Assembly (NCBI GenBank): GCA_904063045.1
Contig: CAJFCJ010000004.1
Coordinates: 985,713 to 1,049,712, forward strand
Length of the DNA: 64,000 nt
Direction of reading: 5' to 3'
DNA from: Dimorphilus gyrociliatus
Lineage: Eukaryota > Animalia > Annelida
A model generated the notes under the pieces. That model saw only the letters and a list, made by a program, of their open reading frames with translations. It was not told where the DNA came from and made no database searches. How positions within the stretch are numbered: the stretch's first letter is position 1; every line of letters begins with the position of its first letter. Position numbers and translations under genes: made by a program. This document shows positions 37,701 to 49,700 of this stretch, piece after piece.

Positions 37701-40700
37701 AATCTTGAAATTTCCAAAGGTACTGATGAGACTGAAGAGTATGCTACTTCTCTACCAATAAAGTCTGGAAATGAACCAACTATCACTTCCATTGAAGAAC
37801 CAAATGCAAGTGATTCACTTCCAAAAGAAAGAGATATCAATCTTGAAATTTCCAAAGGTACTGATGAGACTGAAGAGTATGCTACTTCTCTACCAATAAA
37901 GTCTGGAAATGAACCAACTATCATTCCCATTGAAGAACCAAATGCAAGTGATTCTCTTCCAAAAGAAAGGAATATCGATCTTGAAATTTCCAAAGATACT
38001 GATAAAACTGAGGAGTATGTTAGTTCGTTACCAGTAGATTCTGGAAATGAACCAACTATCACTCCCATTGAAGACCCTAATGCAAGTGATTCACTTCCAA
38101 AAGAAAGAGATATCAATCTTGAAATTTCCAGAGGTACTGATAAAACTGAGGAGTATGCAACTTCTCTACCAATAAAGTCTGGAAATGAACCAACTATCAC
38201 TTCCATTGAAGAACCAAATGCAAGTGATTCTCTTCCAAAAGAAAGGAATATCGATCTTGAAATTTCCAGAGGTACTGATAAAACTGAGGAGTATGTTAGT
38301 TCTTTAACAATAAAGGCTGCAGATGAATCAATTACCACTTCCATTGAAGAATCTAAAACAAGTGATTCTCTTCCAAGAGAAAAAGATATCGTTAAAGAAG
38401 GTTCCAAAGATACTAATGAGACTGAAATGGATATTAGTTCTCTACTAGTAAAGGCTGGAGCCGAAAAAGTTACCACTTCTATAGAAGAACCTATTACAGA
38501 TTATTCACTTCCAAGAGAAAGAGATATCGAAAAAGAGATTTCCAAAGATACTGATGAGACTGAAAAGAACATCAGTTCTCTACCAATAAAGTCTGGAAAT
38601 GAACCAACTATCACTTCCATTGAAGAACCAAATGCAAGTGATTCTCTTCCAAAAGAAAGGAATATCGAAAAACAAATTTCCAAAGATACTGATAAAGCTG
38701 AAGAATATGTTAGTTCGTTACCAGTAGATTCTGGAAATGAACCAACTATCACTTCCATTGAAGACTCTAATGCAAGTGATTCACTTCCAAAAGAAAGAGA
38801 TATCAATCTTGAAATTTCCAAAGGTACTGATGAGACTGAAGAGTATGCTACTTCTCTACCAATAAAGTCTGGAAATGAACCAACTATCATTCCCATTGAA
38901 GACTCTAATGCAAGTGATTCACTTCCAAAAGAAAGAGATATCAATCTTGAAATTTCCAAAGGTACTGATGAGACTGAAGAGTATGCTACTTCTCTACCAA
39001 TAAAGTCTGGAAATGAACCAACTATCACTTCCATTGAAGAACCAAATGCAAGTGATTCTCTTCCAAAAGAAAGGAATATCGATCTTGAAATTTCCAAAGA
39101 TACTGATAAGACTGAAGAGTATGTTTGTTCTCCAATGGTAAAGTCTAAAAGTGAACAAATAACTACTTCCACTGAAGAACCTAATACAAGTGACTTGCTT
39201 CCAAAAGAAAAGGATATCGATATAGAAAGTTCAAAAGATACTGATGAGACTGAAGAGTATGTTTGTTCTTTACCCATAAAGTCTGAAAACGAACCAGGTA
39301 TCACTTCCATTGAAGACCCTAATGCAAGTGATTCTCTTCCAAGAGAAAAAGATAGTGACACAGAAAGTTCTAGTGATTTTGATGAGACTGAAGAGCATGT
39401 TTGTTCTCTACCCTTAAAAGCTGAAAGTGAACAAATAACTTCTTCCCCTGAAGAGTCTAAATCCGTTGATTTGCTTGTAAAAGAAGAAGGCGGCGACACA
39501 ATACACCTCAAAGATTCTGATGAGACTGAAGAGCATGCTGGTTCTCCTATGATAAAAGCTAAAAGTGAACAATTTACTGTTTACCATGAAAAACCTAATG
39601 CCAGTGATTCTCTTCCAGGAGAAAGATATATCGATGAGGAAGGTTCCATAGATGCTGATGAGACTGAAACAATTATATCTCTACCGGTTAAGGCTGCTAG
39701 TGAACGAATTTACACTTCTGTGGAAGAAGATAATGTAGACGATTCTGTTCCAAAAGAAAAGGATTACGTTAAAGAAAGTTTAGATAATATCGATGAGACT
39801 GAAGACCATATTAGTAAAGAGGACAAAGAGAAGGAAAACACTAGTACTTTTGAAGAACTGGAAAAATTTGATTCGCTTCCGAAAATAAGTGAAAGCGATG
39901 TTGATATTGATGAGCCGGAGGAGAACAATACTTCTGTATCATCCGAAACGGTTAAAAATAAAGATGGCACATGTAATCTGAAAGAACCCAATGAAGAAAG
40001 TATCAATGATAGTGATAGTCCTATGGAGATTACGAGTTCTCTATTAACAGTCAAGACTGATGGCAAACAAAGTTCTACAAATTTCGGAGAGCCTGAAGCA
40101 AGAGAATTGCTTCCGATTGAAAAAGATACGCATGTAGAAAGTTCTGATGATATTGATGAGCCTAATGATAATGCTAATTATCCATCATCAGAAAAATTCA
40201 AACATGACGAAATTACTGCTAATACTGATGAATCTGAACAAGAAGGTAGATCTTCGTTGACAAAAGATAGCAGAGTTGACGATAGCACTACTGGTCATGA
40301 AGAATATAAACAAGAAAGTGTTATCCTACCAGCCGGAATGGAGAAAACTGATGATAGTGTGAACGATAATAAAGAAGTTTGTTCTTTTTCAAACACATTG
40401 GAGAAAAACAAAGATAATACAACTGAAAATGATTATTCTAAAGAAAGTGAAGAACTCACATTAGAAAGTCCACCAGCTAGAGATGAAAAATGTACAACTG
40501 ATACTCAAGAAAGTGATATAGCATTGGGTGGAAGAGGAGGAGATGGAGAAAGTACAGTTGATACTAAAGATTCTCAAGCAGATAATAGTGAAGTATCTAT
40601 AGCAAGATACATAGATAAAGAAGGTACTTATGGTATTGAAGAACCTGAACAGCCAAGTGATTTCGTATCAAGAAACACTGACAGAGATAGAGAAAGTACC

Positions 40701-43700
40701 ATTGCCATTCAAGATCCTAAACTGAAAAATGATGCAGTGCTGCCGGAAAAAGCTGAATATAAAGCCCCAATGTCAACAGAAAAAGTTGAGGCAAAAGAGG
40801 GTACCTCTGTTATTGCAAAATCTAAACAAGACACTTCGATAGAAAAAGTAGATCGAGAAACCGATATTGATTTTATAGCACCTGAGCTAGAAAGTGGTAT
40901 TCTTTCATCAGAAAAGATCAGAGAGGAAGCAAGCGCAATTAAAGCTCAAGAGCCTGATCGCGAAACTGACTCCCAGTCGATAGTAATTCAAGGGGAGGGG
41001 AAAAATTTTCATGATATTGCAGAAAGTAATAGTGATAGAGATAGTTTTATAGAGGAGAGTAGTTCTCCATCAACAGAAAATGTTAGAGATGAAAAAAGTA
41101 TTACAAGTAAGAACAAACCTAACCAACAAGACAATACCTTATCGGTTGTAACTGACAAAAGTGATCGTATTGCTGAAGAATATATACAGGAAGATAGTTC
41201 TCTGCCAGCAGATAGGAATAAAATCGAAGGAAATATTTTCGACAATCAAGAATGTAAAGAAGAGAACAGGTCGACAGAAGTAACCATGGAAAAGAGTATT
41301 ATTGACACTAAAGAATGTGATGAAGGAGACATATCGATGTCTCAAGAAACAAGTAAATCAAATACTGTTGAATCTACTATTTCAAAGCCTCTAGTAAGAG
41401 AAAGTCCCGAAACTGTCACAGCTCGATCAGAACAGTATGGTATATCTAGGGAAAATCTCGCTCATGTTGCAGGCGAAGGAGAAGTCGATGAAAGTGAAAC
41501 AACTGAGCTATCTACTATAGACATACGCGATACAAATGTTGAATTAATACCTACAACTAAGCCAGGAGATGATAAGGAAGTTCAATCACCGACTATCATT
41601 TCCTCAACCGATCATCAGGAATTGACTATGGTGACTGATGTATCATGCGAAGGAGATAATAATAATACATTAGAAACCAACTTTCAGCAAGAAACAGAGA
41701 GTAGTAGCGAGAATGAGTCTGACGATGATTCAACCTCGAAAGATATAAATGACACAAATTATGAAAACAGTGATGATATTTTAGCGGACGATGAAATGGA
41801 ATTGGATGGATATGAGATTATTCAGCGACTATCTTCAATTGAAGAAGTTAGTGAGGAAGATATCGACGAACTCTCTCGACAAAGTGAAGGTTCAACATCT
41901 GCCAAGAAAGCAATTACAGATAGTTTTGGTGATATAGAGGATGATAGTGGCTTCAAAACTGGTGAAGTTAGCCTGCCAAAAGATGATGAATCTTGCACGG
42001 ACGATGAGTTTTCAAAGGAAAATTTAGACAGTGAATACGAGCCACAGTTGGAAGAAGCCTTGAATGACACATTTGAAGCTGAATCCGACTCGGTTGAGTC
42101 TCAAAATGAGTTTGTTGAGCCTGAAATAGTACTGTCAAACAGTGACAATGATACCAAAGTTGAAGGTGACAGTGATAAATCTTCTTACTACACGGCGTCT
42201 ACAACCAGTCTTGAAAAATGGTATTCAGCCGACGACTTAACTCCCGAAATGCTCAAAGGATCCATTTCAGAGGAATTTTTACCTTATTCATACGAAAGCG
42301 TGTTAATCAAAAGTCCTGTAGTTTATGACAGTTCAGAGACAGAATATTATACACCAGTCGCCTCGGAAGATGAATATGGTGAATGCACTATGGTTCTTCC
42401 CAAAACCAGATCTTCTGTGATCACGAAAGGGGACCTGGGTAGTTCTAGTGATGAAGATGTAACTCCTTGTCCTTCAGCAAATACGTCTCCCAAGAAAACT
42501 ATTTCAAGAGACATTGATAGCTCGGAAGAAGAGGTTTCTGATAGTGAATCTGTTATCTGTAGGCCTCTTGAAACGAAGGACCAAGAAATTACAGATGAAA
42601 ATTCTTCCAAGGAGCAACTGTTGGACGATCTTTCCACCTCAGCTGATGCTGTACATCCAGAGAGTCCGGGAAACGAACTCCTTACATTAGATGCTATAAC
42701 GAAACTCTCTGAAACGATTCAACCAACAACAGCGACATCTGCCACTGAACAGACGGATACAGAGAAATTAATAAATCGAAATATTGACAGCTCATGCAGA
42801 GCTCAGAATGAAAACATTGAACCGGTTAAGCCTCTCATGGAAGTTGAATTATCTGCGATTCAACAGGAAAGATCTTCAAATTTAGAGGGTAGTTCATGGT
42901 TGGCGAAATCGGCTCCTTGTTTGAGAGATTCTGATGAAAATGAACATTCTTTGAAGGAAGTTAAGCGTTTATCGCTTTCGGAATTATTTCTGAAATCTGC
43001 TGAAGAAGGAACAATTACAACAGATCCAATCTCTGGGGAAGTTCCTACTACTTTCTGTAAAGTAGTTCATTTTAAAGCTCCGGAACGTCGTACGAAAACT
43101 GCTTCGGAAGAAGGCGCAGAGGATAGTCCTACAGGTAGTACTATCTCTGCAAACGTAGCACCCTGTTCCGCTATTATAAAGGCTTCTTCGAATGACAACG
43201 AAAGAGAATCTATACCTGATAGTAATTCAACAAACTCTGACTTTGGAACTGAAACGCATGACGATAATCCAGAAAATATATATAAACATACTAAAGTGGA
43301 AGAAAATGACGAATCTAGTGATTCGGAATACTGGCCAGGACCGGATGAGGAGAAAAAGGAAAGTGAGGAGCTTAAAAAGTTAGATTATCCACCTTATGAT
43401 CCGGAGAGTCTTGAGAATTTAGATAAAACTTTATTATTTGAAGACCCACTTGATGTTGATGATCTCAAATCATCAGATGAGTCGGAAAAAGTTGTGATAA
43501 CAGATTATGATATAAAAAAGATCGGTAAACCTACGCCAGATGATCTAACGACTCTCGACAAAGAAATCATTGATTCAACTTGTTCAACTCCTGTAGAAGG
43601 AGATGTTGAATCGGAATTAATGCTTTCTCATACTAGGGTTGTTAATTTCAATGTTATGTCAGATTCAACGACGAATTCCGACGTGATAGAAAGTTATTCT

Positions 43701-46700
43701 GACCAAATGATTATAGAGTCCAAGTCATCTGAATTGAATGAGGAAGATAATACATCACGAAACGTTCATGTAATTGGCTTTCAACCGTCAGGGAAATTAA
43801 AAACTTCAGATGAACCGACCAAATCTAGCGAGAAAAAATTCGGTCCAGTTATTTTGGATTTAGAAGTCTCTCCAAGAAATAAGAATCAAAGGCTTTTATC
43901 AGAAAATTTATCGTCAGATTGTGATTCTAATAAAACACAAGCGTCAACAGCTGAATTAGAGACAAGAAGTTTACCGATGTCGGGTGATTCGGAGTACTCT
44001 GAAGCTAGTGTTGATAATCAGAGCATAATTATGGATCGCTATATTCTAAGTGATCTACCTTATGAAATATGTAACGAGATTGAGGCTGTCAGAGAGGAAT
44101 ATCTTAACAGAAATCCAGTTTTACAGAAATCTTTCTCAACCTCCGATATTTCGATTAAAACAATGGTAGCAGAAAGACGTCTCAGTCTCCAGGATCCTAT
44201 AATGGAGCACAGATCGACCTCAAAAGACAACATTTTTATATTACTTTTACCTGACAAAGAAGAACGAAGAGATTCTTATGAATCTACAAGTATCAGCTAT
44301 ACAGTTCCAGTTTTTGAACGATCGGCCAGTGCTGATACCCTAAAAATCATTCATCCCGATAGATATAAAAGACAATCAAGATCTCTAGAAAATATACCCC
44401 CACCTGAGGACGATATGACAGCTGACGATGTTTTTGCCGAAAGCCGTCGTCTAATGGAAAAAGATACAGAAGAAGATACTTTGAAAGAAGGTGAACCTGA
44501 AGAAATTGTTGGAGCAGCTCCTAAAAGAGTCAGTTGGGCCGACCTCCTCCAAAATGAAACGACAGATAAAAAGAGTGTCAAGTCATCAGTAGTCCCTTTG
44601 CTATCGTCTTTAGCTAAAGAGAAAATAAACCCAAATTTGTCAGCTGAAAACGAAGAAAACTTGTTTGAAGGAAAATTAGAAGAGGACCAAGAGCTAGATA
44701 ACTCATCACGAGACAATAAAGAGTACAGCACACTAAAATCCGAAATTAAAGATAGTAGAGATGAAACAGAGGATAATAATACTGACAAACTCCAACAAGG
44801 AAAAGATTCAGAATCTTTAGATACGATAATAGCTCACTCACAGGATCTCGAAAACCTTGATAATGCTAGTATCAGTAGCACTGATGACGATTACGTTCTT
44901 CAAATACAACTATCAGAATCAAGTGAAAGTACAAGTTTACAAATACCAGAAAATAATTCAACCGACGAAGAAAGTGCAACGGATGCTGAAATTTCCACAC
45001 CTGAATTGGAAACTATTGTCCTTAGTCATCCAAAAACCGACAATCAGTCAGTAGCTCAAGAAGAATTCGAAAACAAAATTTCCGACGAAACTACAACGAA
45101 GAAAGAGAAATATCAAGTATATAAAGGTGATTTTCAGAGTAAATATTTAGAATTAAAAGAAATTGAGAGCAAAGAGACGGCTTTAGGCGAATTGGATGAA
45201 ACATTGAGCGTATGTGGCGAAGAAGAAATTCAGCTAGAACAGACAGAAAATACAAAACAGTTATTGACAGAAGAACCAATAACTAAAGAAACAGATGATA
45301 TCGAGTCCCAAGAAAAAGTTACATCTTCCCTGCAAACTGAAACAAAGAAAGAAGAAAAACAAGGAGATGCGGAACAATTAGAGGACAGTAAGACCACTAC
45401 AGAAATTTCTGAAGAAGAAACTAATTCGAAATCAGTGGAAAAAGAGGAAGATACCACTGGATTGACAGCAAGTGAAAATGAAAAAATAACTTATGAAGAG
45501 GAACTTGAAATTGATGAAGTAGGCGACGCTGAGGAAACAGCGGAGAAAACAAAAAAATTGCATAGTGATGAAGAAATAGGTGATGATAAAGAACTATTGG
45601 TGAGAACGGAAGAATTGCCAAGTAATCAAGAAAGAGAAACCGAAAACTCACAAGAAACGAAACAAATTATTACTGCTGAATGCGAAGCTTCTGCTTCCGA
45701 TAAAAATGAAGAAACTAAAGAAAAGTCGCCAGAGCAAGATTCTTCCATCAATATCACAGTTGCAAAGGATGATAATACCTCATATGAAAAGGTAATTTCT
45801 AACATCCATAATGATGATATTGCCACAAACACAGACATTACGACTATACTGGTAAGCCAACATCAAGAAGAAGGACAAGAAAGCGCACAAGAAATAGGAA
45901 AGAGCGATGAAATTCCAGAAATTTCAGAAGGAAAAGATAATTTAGAGTTTGAAGAAGGAGTAACACCAACGATGAGAAGAAAAACAAAGAAAGAAGAAAG
46001 ATACGACGACACTGAACAGTGTGAGGACATTAAGACAACTACAGAAATTTCCGAAGAAGAAACCAATTTGAAATCAGTGGAAAAAGAGGAAGATGCTACT
46101 GGATCAACAAGCGAAAATGAAAGATTATCTAATGAAGAGGAAATTGAAATTGATGAAATATCCAACGCCGGAGAAACAGCGGACCAAACAAAAGACTTGC
46201 ATAGTGATGAAGTAATATGTGATGATAAAGAACAATTGGTGAGAACGGAAGAATTGCCAAGTAATCAAGAAAGAGAAACCGAAAACTCACAAGAAACGAA
46301 ACAAATTATTACTGCTGAATGCGAAGCTTCTGCTTCCGATAAAAATGAAGAAACTAAAGAAAAGTCGCCAGAGCAAGATTCTTCCATCAATATCACAGTT
46401 GCAAAGGATGATAATACCTCATATGAAAAGGTAATTTCTAACATCCATAATGATGATATTGCCACAAACACAGACATTACGACTATACTGGTAAGCCAAC
46501 ATCAAGAAGAAGGACAAGAAAGCGCACAAGAAATAGGAAAGAGCGATGAAATTCCAGAAATTTCAGAAGGAAAAGATAATTTAGAGTTTGAAGGAGTAAC
46601 ACCAACGATGAAAAGAGAAACAAAGAAAGAAGAAAGATATGAAGATACAGAACAATTAGAGGACACTAAGACAACAACAGAAATTTCCGAAGAAGAAACC

Positions 46701-49700
46701 AATTTGAAATCAGTGGAAAAAGAGGAAGATACTGCTGGATCAACAACAAGCGAAAATGAAAAATTATCTACTAAAGAAGAAATTGAAATTGATGAAATAA
46801 GCGACGCAAGAGAAACAGCGGAAAAAACCAAAGACTTGCATAGTGATCAAGAAATAGATGATGATAGAGAACAAGTGGTGAGACGAAAAGAATTACCAAT
46901 TAAACAAGACATAGAAAGCGAAACACCAGAAGAAACGAAACAAGCTCTTATTGCTGAATGTGAAGCTTCAGTTTCCGATAATAACGAAGATACTGACGAA
47001 GAGTCAACACAGCAAGATTCTTCCATCAATGTCACGGATGTAAAGGATGATACTATCTCTGATGAGAAAGTAACTCCTAACATTCGTAAAAATAAAAAGA
47101 CTGCTGAAGAGTCACCACAGGAAGATTCTTCCATCAATGTCACAGCTGTAAAAGATGACACAAATTCGCAGAAAAATGTTATGTCTAACATCGATAATAA
47201 TAATATAGTAACAAACATAGAAATGACGCCTATTCAGGTAGGCGAACTAGAAGAAAAAAGACACGAAGACTTTGAAGATGCAGGAAAGCACGACCAAATT
47301 CTAGAAATTTCAGAGGAACAAGATAATTTGGAGTCTGAAGAAAAAGTCACACCTTCTGAGCAAAACGAAACAAAGAAAGAAGAAAGATATGAAGAGATAG
47401 AAAAATCGGAAGATAATAGGATTACTATAGATACTGCTGGATCAACAACAAGCGAAAATGAAAAATTATCTGCTAAAGAAGAAATTGAAATTGATGAAAT
47501 AGGCAACGCTGAGAAAAAAGCGGAAAAAACAAAAGAATTGCTTAATAATCAAGAAATAGAAAGCGAAACACCAGAAGAAACTAAACCAATTCTTACAGCT
47601 GAATATGAAACTTCTGTTTCCGATAAAAATGAAGATACTACTGAAGAATCACCACTGCAGGATTCTTCCATTAATGTCACAGATGTAAAGGGTGATACTA
47701 TCTCTGATGAGAAGGTACCTCCTAACATTGATAATGATAATATTGTAACCGGCACAGAGGTTACACCTATATTGGTAGGTGAACTACAAGAAGACGGACA
47801 GGAAGACTCAGAACAAACGGAAAAAAGTGATGAAATTCTAGATATACCCAAAGAAAAAGATAATTTAGCGTATGATGAAAAAGTCACACCTTCTGCGCAG
47901 TACGAAGCAAAGAAAGAAGAAAAAGAAGAACACACAGAACAATCAGAGGACAGTAAAATAACTGCAGAAATTCCCGAAGAAGAAACCAATTTGAAATCAG
48001 TGGAAAGTGAGGAAGACACTACTGGATCAACAACAAGCGAAAATGAAAGATTGTCTAATGAAGAGGAAATTGAAATTGATGAAATAAGCGAAGAAAAAGA
48101 AACAGCGGACAGGTTAAAAGAATTACCTGTTAGTCAAGAAGTAGGTGAGAAAGAAAAGGTGGAGAGAGCAAAAGAATTACTAAGTAATCAAGAAACAGAA
48201 AGCGAAAAACGAGAAGAAACGAAACAAACTCCTACTACTGAATGCGAAACTTCTGTTTCGGATAATAACGAAGATACTGGCGAAGAATCAACACAGCAAG
48301 ATTTTTCCATCAATGTCACAGATGTAAAGGATGATACTATCTCTGATGAGAAAGTAACTACTAACGTTCGTAATGATGGTACTGTCACGAGCACAGAAGT
48401 TACACGTATATCGTTAAGGGAACTACAAGAAGATGGACTGGAAGACTCGGAACAAACGGAAGAAAGTAATGAAATTCCAGAAGGAAAAGATAGTTTGGAA
48501 TTGAGAGAAAAAGAAAAGACTACAAGCGCAACAACGTCGAAATTTTCTGTGAATAATGAAGCAAAAGTAGTTGAATTTCAAATTAGGGAAGAGACCGTAG
48601 AGGAACAAGATAACTTGGAATTTGAAGCCGAAGAAGAGGAAATGTTCAAATTAATAACCAATACAAGTGATAATTTACCTATTGAAACCAAGATTTCCTA
48701 TGAATTGAAAGAAAAAGATGGTAAAGATTTTGTTGAGGAATCGTCAAAATCATCGGAAGAACACATGGAAACAGAAGAATGCATATCTGTCGTCTCTCAT
48801 GGAAATGAACATTCTAATGAAGACTCATTGATACAAGTTTCTACTACTAATGTTGTGGATGTGAAGTTTGACGAAATTCTTGGTGATGGAACAGTTCTTC
48901 ACCTAGATTATGATAATATTAAAACACAATTAGAAGATATCCCAGCTTCAAGAGGCCAAATAGATGAAAATATCACGGATGATGAAAGAAGTTTAGGGAA
49001 ATGCGAAAGAACTTTGGAAAGGAATGATAATGTGAAAGCTGAGGAAAAAGGTGAAGATATTGAAGGTAAAGAAGGGCTTGGAATGATAGAAATAGATTCT
49101 GGAGCAGAGGAAAGAGACAAAGTAATAGATAAGCAAGATGTATTAAAGAGAGAAAAGGGAAATAATGATGGTTTGAAGACGAATGATGAAGACTTTCAAG
49201 ACGATGACTCTGAAATATCAGAAAGAAAAGAAGAGACTTCTGAACTGACTAGTATTGCAAAGGAATATCTTCTTATTGATGATGAAAACAAACTTGAAAT
49301 GGAACAAGTTGAAGATGTTGATGAAAGCAATAAAGTATCAACATTACCTGACCGCGAAGAATCAAAATTAGAAACTCCAGCAGAAAGAAAGGAAGTTATG
49401 TCTGATAAGGGCACAACTCTTCTTTCTGATATTCAAGGGTATAATATTGAAGTTTCAGAGAAAGAAGACTCTGTTAATATAGAGAAAGATATGAAAACTA
49501 ATAACACTCTTGATGAAGAAGCAATTCGTCGTTCTAATGACGATAAGGATATGCTAGAATCTGAAGACTTACCCAGTGTGAAACATGAAACAAAAGAAAA
49601 TATTGATAAAGATGATGAAAAGCTAATGGAGAGTCGTGAAAATACAGAAAGCATAGATAACTTGAAAAAATCGGATGAAAGAGAAAGGGAAATATTTGAC

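Noticed and set aside
36881-39511. Long minus-strand ORFs (531 aa and 336 aa) with Ser/Leu/Phe-rich repeats
   Set aside because: Antisense shadows of the 138-bp coding repeat; GAA/GAT/ACT-rich sense codons leave this reverse frame stop-poor. No gene structure of their own.
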